Counted from the stretch's first letter, positions 40,234-49,944 are shown. The stretch is 64,000 nt of DNA from Acidobacteriota bacterium (GCA_049967655.1 JBMFSH010000002.1:32001-96000), one strand, 5' to 3'. A program made the numbers and translations. Notes: generated from the letters alone by a model not told the origin.

Positions 40234-41057
40234 GCCAACACCAGCCTTTCTTCTTCTACCGGTATGAGCTCCGCGAGGGGCTCGCCCAAGATGCGTTCGC
40301 CCACCTCTCGGAAGTGGGTCCCCGCATCGGTGACGTAACAGCGCAGGCCGCCCCTGCCACCCGGCGCGGCGCCCCCGCGAAGTGTCTCTCCCGCCAGGGC
40401 GCCCTGAAGAGCCTTGGCCGCGCACCTTGATGAGGAGAGGAGCTTCACGGAAGGCCCAACGATCCGGCGCAGAACCGAGCCGAGCACGGGATAGTGGGTA
40501 CAGCCAAGGATGAGCGTGTCCACGCCTCTTTCCAGAAGAGGTTTCAGGTACCGGCGCGCCACCTCCTCGGCGACCGGGTCCTGGGCCCACCCCTCCTCCA
40601 CCAGCGGCACGAAGAGCGGACAAGCCTGCGAGAAAACCTGGATAGAGGGATTCAGCGCCAGCAGCGCCTTCTCGTAAGCGCCGCTCTGCACCGTGGCGCG
40701 GGTGCCGATGAGCCCCACCCGGCCCGTTCCGGTGGCCTCGGCGGCGGCCCTGGCCCCCGGCTCGATCATCCCGAGCACCGGCACGCTCGTCTCGGCGCAG
40801 AGGGCATCCAGGGCCAGGGCGCTGCTCGTGTTGCAGGCTACCACCAGGAAACGAATGCCCTTGGCCTCCAAAAAACGCGCGACCTCCTTGGAGTAACGGG
40901 TGACCGTCTCCGGCGACTTGTTTCCATAAGGGACGCGAGCCGTGTCGCCAAAATAGAGGATTTCCTCTGCGGGCATGGCCCGGCGGATCTCGGCAACCAC
41001 CGTGAGCCCGCCCACTCCTGAATCGAAGACACCGATGGGGCCCCTACGGATGGACAT
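40230..41057 (-). CDS. murI: Glutamate racemase
   Basis: [15 protein letters not shown] and LGCTHYP motifs. Confidence 0.97.
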   Translation of the reverse strand: MSIRRGPIGVFDSGVGGLTVVAEIRRAMPAEEILYFGDTARVPYGNKSPETVTRYSKEVARFLEAKGIRFLVVACNTSSALALDALCAETSVPVLGMIEPGARAAAEATGTGRVGLIGTRATVQSGAYEKALLALNPSIQVFSQACPLFVPLVEEGWAQDPVAEEVARRYLKPLLERGVDTLILGCTHYPVLGSVLRRIVGPSVKLLSSSRCAAKALQGALAGETLRGGAAPGGRGGLRCYVTDAGTHFREVGERILGEPLAELIPVEEERLVLA

Positions 41058-41691
41058 CGCTTGTCGCCCCGGAAGAAGAAGCCGGTGGTGCGGGAGGCTG
41101 ATCAGGCGACAAGGGCGGAGCGTAGGACTCCAACATGCCCGGCTCGGGAGGCAGTGAATGGCTCAAATCCACGTGGCCCAGCAGGGTCTCGGTCTCCTGG
41201 CCATCCACCAGGATCTTCACCGCGGTGATCTGGGGAAAGTTCTGGTTGAGCGTGTCGATGATCCCGTACACCCTGGCCAGTTCGGTCGCCGAACCCCCTC
41301 CCGTTTTCACGGGCCCGCCCAGGTCCACCACGACCTGGTTCCCCCCGAGGATAAAGAGGCTGCGCACGGTGCAGTTGTCCGGGAAGGGCAGCACCTGCCC
41401 ATTTCCGGCGGGCCCGTCGAGGTATCGCTGGATCAAGGCCTGCATGTTCTGCTGGTCGCTGCCCAGATCCGGCAGCATGACCTGGAACTCGGTCAGGAGC
41501 ATGTCTTCCTCCGACGGGTAGAGTAGGGTGCGCTGAACCATGGCCTGATTCGGGGTGGCTTGAGCCTGCTGAGACTGGGACACGGCCGGATTTCCGGCGG
41601 GCGCGTGCTTGCACCCGGCCACAAGGAGCAAGGCCAGCCCGACGGCCGTAAGAAGGCTAAGGTGTGGGAGCCGTCGGATTGGGGTTCTCAT
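41044..41691 (-). CDS. GerMN domain lipoprotein
   Basis: Lipobox VAGC; GGSATE...Y.I..TL and V.ILVDG...ETL.GHVDLS motifs; lies between the amidase and murI. Confidence 0.85.
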   Translation of the reverse strand: MRTPIRRLPHLSLLTAVGLALLLVAGCKHAPAGNPAVSQSQQAQATPNQAMVQRTLLYPSEEDMLLTEFQVMLPDLGSDQQNMQALIQRYLDGPAGNGQVLPFPDNCTVRSLFILGGNQVVVDLGGPVKTGGGSATELARVYGIIDTLNQNFPQITAVKILVDGQETETLLGHVDLSHSLPPEPGMLESYAPPLSPDQPPAPPASSSGATSDVHP

Positions 41692-43192
41692 AGCGTGCCT
41701 TGAACCGGAGAACGGCCTGCGTCAACGCGTTGGCCACCTGATCCTGAAAGGTGGAATCGGACAGCTTCTTGGCTTCGGAAGGGTTGGAGAGAAAGGCCAC
41801 CTCCACGAGGACCGCCGGCATTTGAGCCCCCTCCAGGACGACGAAGGGAGCCTGCCGCACGCCGCGGTTCTGGGTGCCCAGAAGGGTGTTGAATTCATCC
41901 TGTATGGTCTCCGCCAGGGCGGCGCTCTCCACGATGTGCGAGGTCTGCGCCAGATCCCACAGCACGAGGTTGAGCCCTCCCGCCGGGGCCGAGGAATCGG
42001 TGCCGCCGGCAGCGTTTTCCCTGTCGGCCAGCTGGCTGGCCCAGAGATCGGTGGCCTGCTTGCTCAGGTAGTACGTCTCGGTTCCATGGGCCTTGGCGGT
42101 GGGGGCGGAGTTGATGTGGATCGAGATGAAGAGGTCGGCTTGGTTGAAGTTGGCCAGGGCGGTCCTCTGCTGGAGCGGCACCGTCACGTCGGAGGTCCTC
42201 GTGAGAACCGCCTTCAACCCTTGCTTTTCCAAGTCGTTGGCGAATTTGGTGGCGATCGCGAGGGTCAGATCCTTCTCCTCCAGGCCGTCCGGCCCCAAGG
42301 CGCCGGTGTCGGCTCCGCCGTGGCCGGGATCGATGGCGATGACATCGAAGCCCTGAGTCCTGGCGGGTGGGACGTTGGGAACCCGGGCTGATCCCTGGCC
42401 GCCAGGAGGCGCGGGCTGTTGGACGGGCGGGGGCGTTGCGGGGACCGTCTGGTCTTTCCCTTTCAACAAAATGACGAGCCGTTCCGGCTTGAGCAGCCTG
42501 AGGGTCTCGAAGCGCTGAAACCCTGCTCCGAGAGCAAGCCGTAGGGAAGTACCCCGTGCGCTCAGGTTCTCGAGAATCCCCTTCCCGACCTCCCGATGCG
42601 CCTCGGCGAAGCTTCCCTTCGCCAGCATCACCACCACCTCCTGCCCCTCCTGCCTGACCTGGGCGCGCGAGAGATCGTCTCCGGTGAGCGTCACCCGGGC
42701 GAAATCTGCCCCCACGGCGAGGTCTACCCCCACTTTCTCCGTCGTGGGACCCGGCGCCGCGGCGGGAATAGGCCTGGGCGCCGAAGGCGTCTGAGGCGCA
42801 GCCGAACCCACCACCGTCACGCTCCCCCCCAGCGCCTTGGGCAAGGCGCTCGTGAGGAACTCCTCGGGCAACCACAGGCAGCCTTCGCCCTCCTTGGCCA
42901 CGTGCGAGAGGTTGATGAGATTTCCGTCGACGGAGGCTACGGGCGTCGCGGTGGAAATCAGAATCCGATGGCCCGAAAGAACGAGGACCGGATATGCCGA
43001 CACGGCGTCCCGAGTGAAAGTCCCATGGAGTGCCTCCGCCAACTGGCTCGCGCACACCCACGTGGTGCCCTCCGCGGTTCGTTGGCGGAGATTGATGGTC
43101 CCCGCCGGTGTTTTCAATTCCAACGCACCTACCGGAACCAGCCCCACGACCAGCAACAGGATGGCGCAGACCAAACGCCGCATGGGCTTCAC
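41657..43192 (-). CDS. N-acetylmuramoyl-L-alanine amidase (Amidase_3)
   Basis: Signal peptide; IDPGHGG, EK, LTR, FISIHIN and LVEVAFLSN motifs. Confidence 0.93.
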   Translation of the reverse strand: MKPMRRLVCAILLLVVGLVPVGALELKTPAGTINLRQRTAEGTTWVCASQLAEALHGTFTRDAVSAYPVLVLSGHRILISTATPVASVDGNLINLSHVAKEGEGCLWLPEEFLTSALPKALGGSVTVVGSAAPQTPSAPRPIPAAAPGPTTEKVGVDLAVGADFARVTLTGDDLSRAQVRQEGQEVVVMLAKGSFAEAHREVGKGILENLSARGTSLRLALGAGFQRFETLRLLKPERLVILLKGKDQTVPATPPPVQQPAPPGGQGSARVPNVPPARTQGFDVIAIDPGHGGADTGALGPDGLEEKDLTLAIATKFANDLEKQGLKAVLTRTSDVTVPLQQRTALANFNQADLFISIHINSAPTAKAHGTETYYLSKQATDLWASQLADRENAAGGTDSSAPAGGLNLVLWDLAQTSHIVESAALAETIQDEFNTLLGTQNRGVRQAPFVVLEGAQMPAVLVEVAFLSNPSEAKKLSDSTFQDQVANALTQAVLRFKARYENPNPTAPTP

Positions 43193-43349
43193 CTCAAGGG
43201 AAAACCCCGCGGCGCAGCACTTCCGCGCCGGGGGAAAGAAGCGGACGCATTGTACCCCCCTACGCCTGCAACGCGCAACCGAGGTCGCTCCGAGGTCGCT
43301 CCGGCCCCTTGACCCCGAGGCCGCTCTGTGGGTATCCTCTTCAACCTGG

Positions 43350-43425
43350 GCGGGCGTAGCTCAGTTGGTAGAGCGCGAGCTTCCCAAGCTTGAGGTCGCG
43401 GGTTCGAGACCCGTCGCCCGCTCCA
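43350..43425 (+). tRNA. tRNA-Gly (anticodon CCC)
   Basis: GCGGGCG/CGCCCGC acceptor stem, TT-CCC-AA loop, GGTTCGA, CCA; TTGACC-N18-TATCCT upstream. Confidence 0.96.
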
Positions 43426-43469
43426 AAGAGATTGAAACCGAGAGACAGGGAGACAGGGAAACAGGGAGG

Positions 43470-43495
43470 AAAGGCCGCCGGTCAGGCGGCCTTTT
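43470..43495 (+). terminator. Intrinsic terminator after tRNA-Gly
   Basis: AAAGGCCGCC-GGTCA-GGCGGCCTTTT. Confidence 0.7.
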
Positions 43496-43630
43496 CCATG
43501 TGCAAGATCATCTCTTCATTGCCCCGGCACGGCGCCTCCCCTCCTCGAAAGAAGAGCCTCGTCCATTATCCCTCATCGATCCGTTGCATTTGCGGCGCGG
43601 GGCGCTTAGATTGCATGCCCGGGAGGATGC

Positions 43631-43981
43631 ATGCCGTTTTTCAAGAAAGAGCCTCCACCGCCGCCGCCGATGACCCGCATCGGTGCGGGAACGCGTATGG
43701 AGGGTACTCTCAAAACGCAGAAGACCGTTGAATTGCATGGCCGATTCAAGGGAAATATAGAAGCGGAGGGATGCACGCACCTCCTGGCTGGCTCTGAGTT
43801 CGAGGGCGAAATCCGAAGTGGTGAGCTGCAATGCCACTCCAAAGCCAAGGGCAAGGCCTGGGTGGCTGGCGTGGCCTCCTTTTCAGAGGGAGCGCAGTGG
43901 GAGGGGGAGCTCCGGTACAGGGCGCTGAGCGTGCGCCCCGGCGCCAGGCTGTTGGGCCGCGTGGCCCGGGAGGCCCCTTGA
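43631..43981 (+). CDS. Bactofilin / polymer-forming cytoskeletal protein
   Basis: T.IG.GT..EG.L and beta-helix repeats (F.G.I; V.PGA.L.G); N-terminal FFKK membrane-targeting-like motif. Confidence 0.8.
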   Translation: MPFFKKEPPPPPPMTRIGAGTRMEGTLKTQKTVELHGRFKGNIEAEGCTHLLAGSEFEGEIRSGELQCHSKAKGKAWVAGVASFSEGAQWEGELRYRALSVRPGARLLGRVAREAP

Positions 43982-44604
43982 TCCTTTACGCCATTACCGA
44001 TCGCCGCCTCTCTGCGGGAGGCGATCTGGTACAGCAAGCCTCCACGCTTCTCAGGGCGGGAGTGGACTGGCTCCAGGTCCGCGAAAAGGACCTGCCCGAT
44101 CGCACCCTGTTCGACGTCCTGCGGATCCTTGTCCAGGAATCCCGGCGCTTTGGGACGCGAATCCTCTTGAACGGGCGCGCGGACCTGGCCTCCGCGGCAG
44201 GGGCACACGGCGTACACCTTCCCTCCGACGGCCTGCCCACCGAGTCGGTCCGACGGGTTTTCCCCAGGCCATTCCTGGTGGTCCGCAGCTGTCACAGCGA
44301 GTCCGAGGTGATGGAGGCCTCTGCCGCCGGGGCGGACGCCGTGACCCTCGGGCCCGTCTATGAGACGCCCTCCAAGAGCACCCTCGGACGGCCCTTGGGA
44401 GTGGAGCGCTTCGCGGAGGTCTGCCGCAAGGCCCCCCTTCCCGTGCTGGCTCTGGGCGGGGTGAGCGCCCCTCGCCTCGGCGAGGTGGCCGCCGCCGGAG
44501 CCGGAGGGGTCGCGGCCATCCGCCTGTTCTGCGGCTTGTCCAACCCCTTCGTCGCCATACCGGCGCTTCGTGCCTTGGCGAAAGAGGGCGAGAAGTGCCC
44601 GTGA
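43978..44604 (+). CDS. Thiamine phosphate synthase ThiE/TenI family protein
   Basis: LYAITD, QVREK, GVHL, SCH, GPVY.TPSK and ALGG motifs; TTG start overlaps the bactofilin stop. Confidence 0.85.
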   Translation: MILYAITDRRLSAGGDLVQQASTLLRAGVDWLQVREKDLPDRTLFDVLRILVQESRRFGTRILLNGRADLASAAGAHGVHLPSDGLPTESVRRVFPRPFLVVRSCHSESEVMEASAAGADAVTLGPVYETPSKSTLGRPLGVERFAEVCRKAPLPVLALGGVSAPRLGEVAAAGAGGVAAIRLFCGLSNPFVAIPALRALAKEGEKCP

Positions 44605-44706
44605 GAGCCGCTAAAAACCTGGGGGCGGCAATATTTTGAGGCGTGTACCGTTTTGCCTTACAATGGGCCTCCGGCCCTGCCGGAGCGTACCCGAGGAGGA
44701 CTGATC

Positions 44707-45126
44707 ATGAAGGTCAAATGGACAGTGGGCCTGATCATCACGGTTGGAGCCCTTGCCCTTTTTTTCCTATCTAGCACGGGAAACAGCAAGCCGGTCTTTT
44801 ACTACAATCCCTCCCAATTCCTGGCCAACCCAAAGATCCGGGAGGACCACGTCCGGTTGAAGGGCACCATCCAGCCCGGCAGCGTCAAGATGTCCCCCGA
44901 CCGGTTGAACCTGTGGTTCAACATCACGGACGGCAAGCAGAGCATTCCGGTCCACTATTCCGGGGCCATACCCGACGCCTTCCAGCAGGGTCTCGAGGTG
45001 GTGGTGGACGGCCGGATGGATGCCAAGAACACCTTCGAGGGGCAAGAGCTGATCGTGAAATGCCCCTCCAAATATGAGTCCAAGGCCAGCGGCCCCACCG
45101 AGCCTGGTCCCAAGGAATCTTCATGA
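44707..45126 (+). CDS. ccmE: Cytochrome c maturation heme chaperone CcmE (CxxxY type)
   Basis: N-terminal TM helix; V.Y.G..PD.F; KCPSKY. Confidence 0.9.
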   Translation: MKVKWTVGLIITVGALALFFLSSTGNSKPVFYYNPSQFLANPKIREDHVRLKGTIQPGSVKMSPDRLNLWFNITDGKQSIPVHYSGAIPDAFQQGLEVVVDGRMDAKNTFEGQELIVKCPSKYESKASGPTEPGPKESS

Positions 45127-47195
45127 ATGCCCTCGGGAACTACTCCCTCTACATCGCCTTCGGGCTTTCGGTGTGGGGCATCGCCAGCGCGTACCTGAGC
45201 TACCGGAACCGGGACGAGCGGTACCTGCACAGCGCGCTTCACGCCATCTACGCCATCTGCGGCCTGGTCGTGCTGGCCATTATCCTCCTCTGGGCCGCGC
45301 TCCTGCGGAACGACTTCACGCTCAAGTACGTGTGGGAGTATTCCCGCACCACCCAGCCCGCCATCTACAAGATCACAGCGCTCTGGGGCGGCATGGACGG
45401 ATCCCTCCTCTTCTGGTGCGGCCTGCTGGCCATCTTCTCGGCCCTGGCCATCACCTTCAACCGGAAGAACAACATGAGGCACTTGCCCTTCACGAGCATG
45501 ATCCTGCTCATGACCCTGGGGTTCTTCCTCTTCCTTCTGAGCTTCAAAACCAACCCCTTTGAGCCGCTCCGCGACTCGGCGGGCATCCTGGTCTCCACCT
45601 ACACGCCCCAGATGATGCGGGGGGTGCAGGGTAACGGCCTCAATCCCCTGCTTCAAAACTTCTACATGGCCATCCACCCTCCCATGCTCTACACGGGCCT
45701 GGTGGGATTCGCGATCCCCTTCGCCTTCATCCTCGGCGCCCTCGCCCACCAAGAGCGGAACACCTTCTGGATGCGCTCCGCCCGCAACTGGGCGGTCTTC
45801 GCCTGGATGACCCTGGGCGTCGGCATCCTGCTCGGAGGCTACTGGGCTTACATCGAGCTGGGCTGGGGCGGTTACTGGGCCTGGGATCCGGTGGAGAACG
45901 CCTCCTTCCTGCCCTGGGTGATGGGGACGGCCTTCCTCCACACCTTCTTGATGCAGGAGAAGCGCGGTATTTACCGCTTCTGGAACGTCTTCTTCATCGT
46001 GATGGCCTTCCTCCTGTCCATCTACGGCACCTACCTCACCCGCTCCGGAATCCTCCAGTCGGTGCACGCCTTCGGGCAGGAGGATCCCTCCATCCCCTGG
46101 TACTTTCAGCTCGGCAACATCTTCCTGCTCTTCATGGCCATCATGGCGATCCTGAGTTTCGGCTTGATCCTCCGGAGGCGGGCGCTGTTGAAGAGCGGAC
46201 AGGAACTGGAATCGGCGGGGAGCCGGGAGAGCATGTTCCTTTACGGAAGCCTGCTTCTCGGGCTCATCGGTTTCGTAGTTCTCTTTGGATTGAGCAGCCC
46301 CATCTTCTACCGGATGGTGACCCACCACGAGCTCAATCGAGGCCCCGAGTACTACAACCCCCGAATCCTCCCTATCGCCCTCATGGTGCTCCTCGTCATG
46401 GGGATCGCCTCCGTGTCGCCCTGGAAGAAGGGCGGCTGGGCCAGCTACAAGAAGCAGCTGGCCATTCCCTTCCTGGCCGGCCTTTCGGCGCTGGCAGCCT
46501 CCCTCTTCGCCTTCCTCCGGGGTGGGCAGGCCTCGCTCGCAGACTTTCACAGCCGGCCCCTGACCTACGTCTACTTGTTCGCCTGCGTCTCCTTCTCCTT
46601 CTTCGTCTCCGCCATCATCCTGGAGGAGTACTTCCGGACCGCCCGCCAGGCCTACCGGATGGGGCGTGCCGGAAAGCTCTCCTGCCTCCTCTCCCCTTTC
46701 CGGGAGAACCCGCGACGGTATGGCGGCTACGTGGTTCACCTGGGCATCGTCTGCGTCTTCCTGGGCGTGGCCTTTTCGGCCACCTTTCAGAGGGAGTACC
46801 AGGAGACCATGAAACCCGGTGATGCGGTGCGTTTCGGGCCCTACGTGGTCCGGATGGCCGACTTGAAGCACGACGACCTGAACGCCGACCTCCAGAAGGT
46901 CAATGACGTGAGGATCTGGGCGGACCTCCAGGTCTTCCGCGGGAACAAGCTGGTGGCTCTGCTGAGGCCCATGCGCGTCTTCTACTCGGCCAACCCGCAA
47001 CAGCCCACCTACGAGGTCGCCATCCACTCCTCCCTCATGCGTGATTTCTATACCTTGCTGGCGGGATTCGACCTGAACAGCGACACCGCCACCATAGGCG
47101 CCTTCGTAAATCCAATGGTGGCGTGGCTCTGGCTGGGCGGAGTCCTCTTGCTCGTGGGCGGCCTTACCGCCCTCATTCCCATGAGGAACTGGTGA
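45123..47195 (+). CDS. ccmF: Cytochrome c heme lyase CcmF
   Basis: GLNPLLQ, HPP, WGGYWAWDPVENAS (WWD domain) and SVHAF motifs. Confidence 0.95.
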   Translation: MNALGNYSLYIAFGLSVWGIASAYLSYRNRDERYLHSALHAIYAICGLVVLAIILLWAALLRNDFTLKYVWEYSRTTQPAIYKITALWGGMDGSLLFWCGLLAIFSALAITFNRKNNMRHLPFTSMILLMTLGFFLFLLSFKTNPFEPLRDSAGILVSTYTPQMMRGVQGNGLNPLLQNFYMAIHPPMLYTGLVGFAIPFAFILGALAHQERNTFWMRSARNWAVFAWMTLGVGILLGGYWAYIELGWGGYWAWDPVENASFLPWVMGTAFLHTFLMQEKRGIYRFWNVFFIVMAFLLSIYGTYLTRSGILQSVHAFGQEDPSIPWYFQLGNIFLLFMAIMAILSFGLILRRRALLKSGQELESAGSRESMFLYGSLLLGLIGFVVLFGLSSPIFYRMVTHHELNRGPEYYNPRILPIALMVLLVMGIASVSPWKKGGWASYKKQLAIPFLAGLSALAASLFAFLRGGQASLADFHSRPLTYVYLFACVSFSFFVSAIILEEYFRTARQAYRMGRAGKLSCLLSPFRENPRRYGGYVVHLGIVCVFLGVAFSATFQREYQETMKPGDAVRFGPYVVRMADLKHDDLNADLQKVNDVRIWADLQVFRGNKLVALLRPMRVFYSANPQQPTYEVAIHSSLMRDFYTLLAGFDLNSDTATIGAFVNPMVAWLWLGGVLLLVGGLTALIPMRNW

Positions 47196-47425
47196 TGGTC
47201 GGAACCCTGCTCAGCCTCGTCGTGGCCGTGGCCGCCTTCGGATGGGTCCTGTCACCCCTCTTTGGGGAACCCAAGGAGATTTCCCAGGTACGATCGTCCG
47301 ACCAGATCCAGGATGCCGTGGACCGCTCTGTGAGGGAGCTGAAAACGGATTTGGAGCTCCAGAAGATACAGGCCTCCGACCTGGAGGAGATCCAGAACTT
47401 CCTGGAGGCGGAATCCAAGCGGTAG
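47195..47425 (+). CDS. Small membrane protein resembling the CcmI/CycH N-terminal module
   Basis: TM helix ending in PL, then RELKTDLELQKI...DL helix; translationally coupled to ccmF (TGATG). Confidence 0.55.
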   Translation: MVGTLLSLVVAVAAFGWVLSPLFGEPKEISQVRSSDQIQDAVDRSVRELKTDLELQKIQASDLEEIQNFLEAESKR

Positions 47426-47439
47426 AACCGGGGGGTCCC

Positions 47440-48498
47440 ATGCAGGCCCACATCTGCTGGACTGAGCGTCGAACGCTGCGCCTCATGGACCAGCGACTCC
47501 TTCCCCTCGAGGTGCGCTTCGAGGAGTACGATCGTGCCGAGGCCGTGGCGGAAGCCATCCGGAGCATGGTCGTGCGAGGCGCCCCCGCCATAGGCGTCAC
47601 GGCGGCTTACGCCATGGCCCTATCCGCCGCCCAATCCGCGAAGGCGCGAGATCCCAGAGAGGCGCGGCGGCTGATCCTCAGGGACGCCGATCTGCTCAGG
47701 CAGGCCCGCCCCACCGCCGTGAACCTGGCCTGGGCCGTGGACCGCATGGTCCATCTGGCACAGGACCTGTCGAAGAGCGGCGCGGAAGGCGAGGAGATCG
47801 CCCAGGCCCTCGCGGACGAGGCCGTGCAGATCCACGCGGACGACATCGCCGCCTGCCGGGCCATTGGGCGCGCGGGCCTGCCCTTCGTACCCGAGGGGGC
47901 GACCATCCTCACGCACTGCAACGCCGGCGCGCTCGCCACGGGTGGATACGGGACCGCCTTGGGCGTGGTCCGAGCAGCGCACGAAGCGAGCAAGCTGGCG
48001 GGCGTCCTTGCCGACGAAACCCGCCCTTTTCTTCAGGGCGCACGCCTCACCGCCTGGGAGCTTCATGAAGACCATATTCCGGTGACCCTGCTGTGCGACA
48101 GCGCGGCCGGGGCGCTCATGGCCCAAGGCAGGGTGAGCGTGGTCGTGGTGGGAGCGGACCGCATCGCAGCCAACGGCGACACGGCCAATAAGATCGGCAC
48201 CTTCTCCCTGGCGGTTCTGGCCCGCCACCACGGGATACCCTTCCTGGTAGCAGCGCCCCGTAGTACCTTTGACCCGTCTGCTCCCGACGGCTCGGCCATT
48301 CCCATCGAACAAAGGGCGCAGAGCGAAGTACTTTCGCTGGCGGGCCGGCTCCTGGCCCCGGACGGGGTGAAGGCCGTGAACCCCGCCTTCGACGTGACGC
48401 CCCACGACCTGATTCACGCCATCCTCACGGAGGACGGCCCTATTCATCCGGTGGGCACGGAGACCGTCTCCAGGTTTCTGGCCAAGGCGCCTGCATGA
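47440..48498 (+). CDS. mtnA: Methylthioribose-1-phosphate isomerase
   Basis: DQRLLP, VRGAPAIG, RPTAVNL, THCNAG.LAT, ETRP.LQGARLT and ANKIGT motifs. Confidence 0.96.
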   Translation: MQAHICWTERRTLRLMDQRLLPLEVRFEEYDRAEAVAEAIRSMVVRGAPAIGVTAAYAMALSAAQSAKARDPREARRLILRDADLLRQARPTAVNLAWAVDRMVHLAQDLSKSGAEGEEIAQALADEAVQIHADDIAACRAIGRAGLPFVPEGATILTHCNAGALATGGYGTALGVVRAAHEASKLAGVLADETRPFLQGARLTAWELHEDHIPVTLLCDSAAGALMAQGRVSVVVVGADRIAANGDTANKIGTFSLAVLARHHGIPFLVAAPRSTFDPSAPDGSAIPIEQRAQSEVLSLAGRLLAPDGVKAVNPAFDVTPHDLIHAILTEDGPIHPVGTETVSRFLAKAPA

Positions 48499-49556
48499 GT
48501 CTGATCCTCGGCATCGAGACCTCCTGCGACGACACCTCCGCTGCCGTCCTGACGGGCGAGGGGCGCGTGTTGTCCAGCGCGGTCTCCTCCCAATTGGAGG
48601 TTCACGCTCCCTACGGCGGCGTGGTCCCCGAGCTGGCCAGCCGACATCACCTGGAGAATCTGCCGGAAACCGTGACCGCAGCCCTGGCCAAGGCCGGCGT
48701 TGAACAGGGCGATCTTTCTGCCGTGGCCGCCACCGCTGGACCTGGGCTGCTGGGAAGCCTCCTGGTCGGCCTCTCCTACGCCAAAGCCCTCGCGTGGGGG
48801 CTCGGTCTTCCGCTCTTCACCGTCAACCACGTGGAGGCGCACCTGCGCTCGCCCTGGATCGAACACCCGGATCTTCCCTATCCCGCGCTTTCTCTTGTCG
48901 TCTCGGGCGGGCACTCCCACCTGTTCTTCTGCGCCTCCCCGAGGCAGACCAGGCTCGTGGCGGGGACCAGGGACGATGCGGCGGGCGAAGCACTCGACAA
49001 GCTGGCCAAACACCTCCACCTGCCCTATCCGGGCGGACCCGTGTTGGATCGCCTCGCGCCGCGAGGAAACCCGAAGGCCGTGGCTTTCTCGCTCCCGAAA
49101 ATGAGCGCCGGTTCGTTGGACTATTCCTTTTCCGGGCTGAAAACCGCCGCCCTTCACTATCTCCGAACCCGCGCGCCAATACCGAGTGTCACCGGCGACC
49201 TTGACCGGCTGCCGGCTTGGGAGTACGACCTCATCGCCTCCTTCCAGAAGAGAGTGGTGGACCACCTGCTGCAGCGCATGAAGCAGGCCGCCCTCCTGCT
49301 GAAACCCCGCTCGCTCACCATGGCTGGCGGCGTGGCGTGCAACTCGCTGCTCCGGGCCCGCCTCCTCTCGCTGGGCGAGGAGCTGGGGCTTCCGGCCGCC
49401 TTTCCCAGCCCCGGCCTCTGCACGGACAATGCCGCCATGGTGGCCTTTCAAGCGCTGGATTTCCTGCGCTCCCGCGCGGCCGCTCCGCCCGAGGTGGACG
49501 CCTTTCCGACCGCGCGATGGCAATCCGTGGAGAGGACCGGGCGCCCCTCCTGCTGA
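48495..49556 (+). CDS. tsaD: tRNA N6-threonylcarbamoyltransferase TsaD
   Basis: LGIETSCDDT, GGVVPELASRHH, HVEAH, SGGH, DDAAGE and CTDNAAM motifs. Confidence 0.96.
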   Translation: MSLILGIETSCDDTSAAVLTGEGRVLSSAVSSQLEVHAPYGGVVPELASRHHLENLPETVTAALAKAGVEQGDLSAVAATAGPGLLGSLLVGLSYAKALAWGLGLPLFTVNHVEAHLRSPWIEHPDLPYPALSLVVSGGHSHLFFCASPRQTRLVAGTRDDAAGEALDKLAKHLHLPYPGGPVLDRLAPRGNPKAVAFSLPKMSAGSLDYSFSGLKTAALHYLRTRAPIPSVTGDLDRLPAWEYDLIASFQKRVVDHLLQRMKQAALLLKPRSLTMAGGVACNSLLRARLLSLGEELGLPAAFPSPGLCTDNAAMVAFQALDFLRSRAAAPPEVDAFPTARWQSVERTGRPSC

Positions 49557-49614
49557 CCCAGCCAGCACTTCAGCGCCCGCCGCCGCTCTTCCTCCGGCTC
49601 CAGGCCCATTCTGG

Positions 49615-49642
49615 TTGACACCGAACGGGAAATAGATATAAT
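49615..49642 (+). promoter_or_regulatory. Sigma70-type promoter of tRNA-Lys
   Basis: Perfect TTGACA-N16-TATAAT ending 7 nt before the tRNA. Confidence 0.85.
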
Positions 49643-49649
49643 ACCGGGC

Positions 49650-49725
49650 GGACCGCTAGCTCAATCGGTAGAGCAGCGGACTCTTAATCCGTTGGTTCGG
49701 GGTTCGAGTCCCCGGCGGTCCACCA
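49650..49725 (+). tRNA. tRNA-Lys (anticodon CTT)
   Basis: GGACCGC/GCGGTCC acceptor stem, CT-CTT-AA loop, GGTTCGA, CCA. Confidence 0.96.
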
Positions 49726-49916
49726 AGGGTCATCCCACAAAGAAGAGCCGGGGACGAGAAGGGCGGGAGACGGCGTAGCCCCGCCGCGAGAGCGCGAGCG
49801 AAGAGCGAGTGCGCGCAGGGGTGCGGGGCAAGCCGAGGGACCCGCCCCGGGAACCGTGGGTAGCCTCGAAACGCAGCCGCCAGTCTCCGGCGGCGGCGAG
49901 GCTTCTAGGCCGCGCA

Positions 49917-49944
49917 GGTTCGAGTACCCGGCGGTCCACCAAGG
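49917..49944 (+). repeat. Duplicated 3' end of tRNA-Lys (att-like direct repeat)
   Basis: GGTTCGAGTACCCGGCGGTCCACCAAGG versus 49701-49728; 27 of 28 identical. Confidence 0.85.

Noticed and set aside
39496..40623. Long N-terminal extensions given by the ORF track for rph, cobB, panC, mtnA, tig, lepB and the ThiE-family gene
   Set aside because: The extensions overlap upstream genes or tRNAs; downstream starts with SD sequences or coupled overlaps match the family N-termini.
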